From Mobula hypostoma (lineage: Eukaryota), in contig NC_086097.1 in assembly GCF_963921235.1 (NCBI RefSeq), positions 210,368,001-210,432,000 of the forward strand: a stretch of 64,000 nt of DNA, read 5' to 3'. Each line of letters begins with the position of its first letter. The first letter of the stretch is position 1. The notes under the pieces were generated by a model that did no database searches, was not told the DNA's origin, and saw only the letters and a program-made list of their open reading frames with translations. Below, piece by piece: positions 61,917-64,000 of this stretch. Both the position numbers and the translations under genes were made by a program.

Positions 61917-64000
61917 TAGATAAGGAGCACAAAACTGCTCACAATAATCCAAGTGCAGTCTGAGCAATGCCTTATAAACCCTCACCATTACATCTTGCTC
62001 TTATATTCTAGTACTCTCAAAATGAACACTTGCCTTTCTTACCACTGACTCAATCTGCAAGTTAACTCGTAAGGAATCCTGCACAAGGGTTCCAAAGGCC
62101 CTTTGCACCTCAGATTTTTGAATTTTCTCCCCATATAGAAAATAATCTATGCCTTTATTCTTTCTATCAACATGTATGGCAATACATTTCTTCACATACT
62201 CTCCCAATCTATCTTAGTGTTGCGGCAGCAGGGAGCCTGCAGAAGGAGTAAGTGCCCCAGCACCTGTTGTCCACAAAACCATTAATTTCATCACCCATAC
62301 AGTATGATTGTCATACAGTTTGAAAAGAAGTGGTCCCAATACCGACCCCTGCGGAACAGCACTAGTCACCGGCAGCCAACAAGCAAAAACTCACTTTATT
62401 CTCACTCTTTGCCACATGCCAGTCACCCAATTGTCATCCATGCCAGTATCTTTCCTGTCATTTAACTTGTTAAACAGCCTCAAATGTGGCACTTTGTCAA
62501 AGGCCTTGCGAAAATCCAAGTAAACAACATCCACTATCATTTGTCTACCTTGCCTGCTATTTCCTCAAAGAATTCCAAACAGATGTGTCAGGTAAAATTC
62601 TCCCTTAGCCATGGTGACTTTAACCTATTTTATCATGTGCCTCCAATTACCCTGAAACCTCAACCCTAATAATAAAATCATTCTAACCACTGAGGTCTGG
62701 CTAACTGGCTATAGCTTACTTTTTTTCTGCTTCCCTCCCTTCTTAAAGAATGGAGTGACATTTGTAATGTTCTACTGATTCTTGAAAGATCATCCCTAAT
62801 GCCTCCACAATCTCTTCAGCTATAGTCCACCTGGTCCAGGTAACTTATCAACCTTCAGACCTTTCAGCTTCCCAAGCACCTTCTCCTTAGTAATAGCATT
62901 GGCACTCACTTCTGCTCCCTGACTTTCTCAAATTTCTAGCATAATGTTAGTCTTCCTCAGTGAAAACTGTCACAAAATGCTTATTAATTTGTCCACTATT
63001 TCTTTGTTCCCCATAACTACCTCTTCAGCGTCATTTGCCAGCAGTCTGATATCCACTTTCATCCCTCTTTTACTTCTTATGCACCTGAAGAAATATTTGG
63101 TATCTTTTTTATGTTATTGTCTAACTTAATTTCATGTTTCAATCTTTTCTCTGCTTTTTGCTTTTTTATTTTAAGTTGCCTTCTGTTGATTTTTAAAAGC
63201 TTCCCAACTCTAACTTTCCATTAATCTTTTCTACATTTCTGCCCTCTTTTTTCCTTTTATGCCATCTTTGACTTAATTTGTCAGCCACGGTTGCCTCATC
63301 CTCCCTGTAGAATATTTCTTCAACTTTGGGGTGTATCCATCCTGTAGCTTCTGAATCGGCCCCAGAAACTCCAGCCACTGCTGCTCTGCCATCATTCCTG
63401 TGAGTGTCTCAGACATGACTCAGTGATGCCCACAATGTAATACCTGCAAATCTCTAACTGCGCTACAAGATCATCTATCTTATTCCACATACTGCCTGCA
63501 TTCAAATACAAAACCTTTAGTCCTATATTCATAACCCTTTTCACTTTTGCCTCATCCCACTGACTGCAATTTTGCCTCATCACCTTCCTATCCTTCCTCA
63601 GTCTCACTGCACATGTACACAAAGTGCCCATCTTCAGCCCTATCACTCTAGTTCCCATCCCCCCAACGAATTATTTTAAATCCTTTCCAAATCCGAACAG
63701 CTCTAGCACACCTGCCTGCAAGAAGATTGGTTCCTTTAGGTTCAGGTGTAACCCATCCGTTTTGTACAGGTCATACCGACCCCAGTGATCCAGAAATGTG
63801 GAGGTCTTGCTCGTCAGCCTCTTCCCCAACTTCCTAAACTCACTGCGCAGGAGCTGTTCCCCATCTCTAGTCCTGCCATTGGTACCGATGTGCACCATTA
63901 CCTCTGGCTGCTCACCCTCTCGAGAATATCTTGCAGCCACTCTGAGACATCCTTTACTCTAGCACCTGAGAAGCAACACCCTGGTGTCTTTTCTGTGGCC

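Larger units (their letters stand above)
58520..63990 (-). mobile_element. Older CR1 LINE (58520-59030 and 61915-63990) split by a SINE and a younger CR1
   Basis: ORF1 esterase-like VMVHIGTN...DGLHLN, ORF2 start LKVLYLNAGS...IVGITE and 3' end FSQRVVDRWNSLP. Confidence 0.8.

Overview
Vertebrate genomic DNA, most likely from a cartilaginous fish (ray or shark). That assignment is inferred from the repeat repertoire: CR1/HER1-like LINEs, V-SINEs, Rex-like LINEs and Neptune-type Penelope elements. The only host gene I can support is a minus-strand SDR16C5/RDH-E2-like short-chain dehydrogenase. Its last five coding exons (58187 to 41816) are intact with GT-AG splice sites and are missed by the ORF track; the first coding exon is not in the window. 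Most of the rest is nested retroelements. These include a near-intact I/Nimb-type LINE with RNase H (1-5115), an L1, many CR1 and Rex-like fragments and Gypsy remnants. There is also an 8-kb Penelope-like insertion (19292-27363) made of two inverted arms, with a 13-bp target-site duplication (TSD) and a minimal hammerhead ribozyme motif in each arm. The most unusual item is a non-autonomous Gypsy-like LTR element inside an SDR16C5 intron. Most of its gag-pol is replaced by an intronless, decayed fragment of the host splicing-factor gene RBM25, joined at a microhomology. All identifications come from manual translation and motif recognition; no database search was run.
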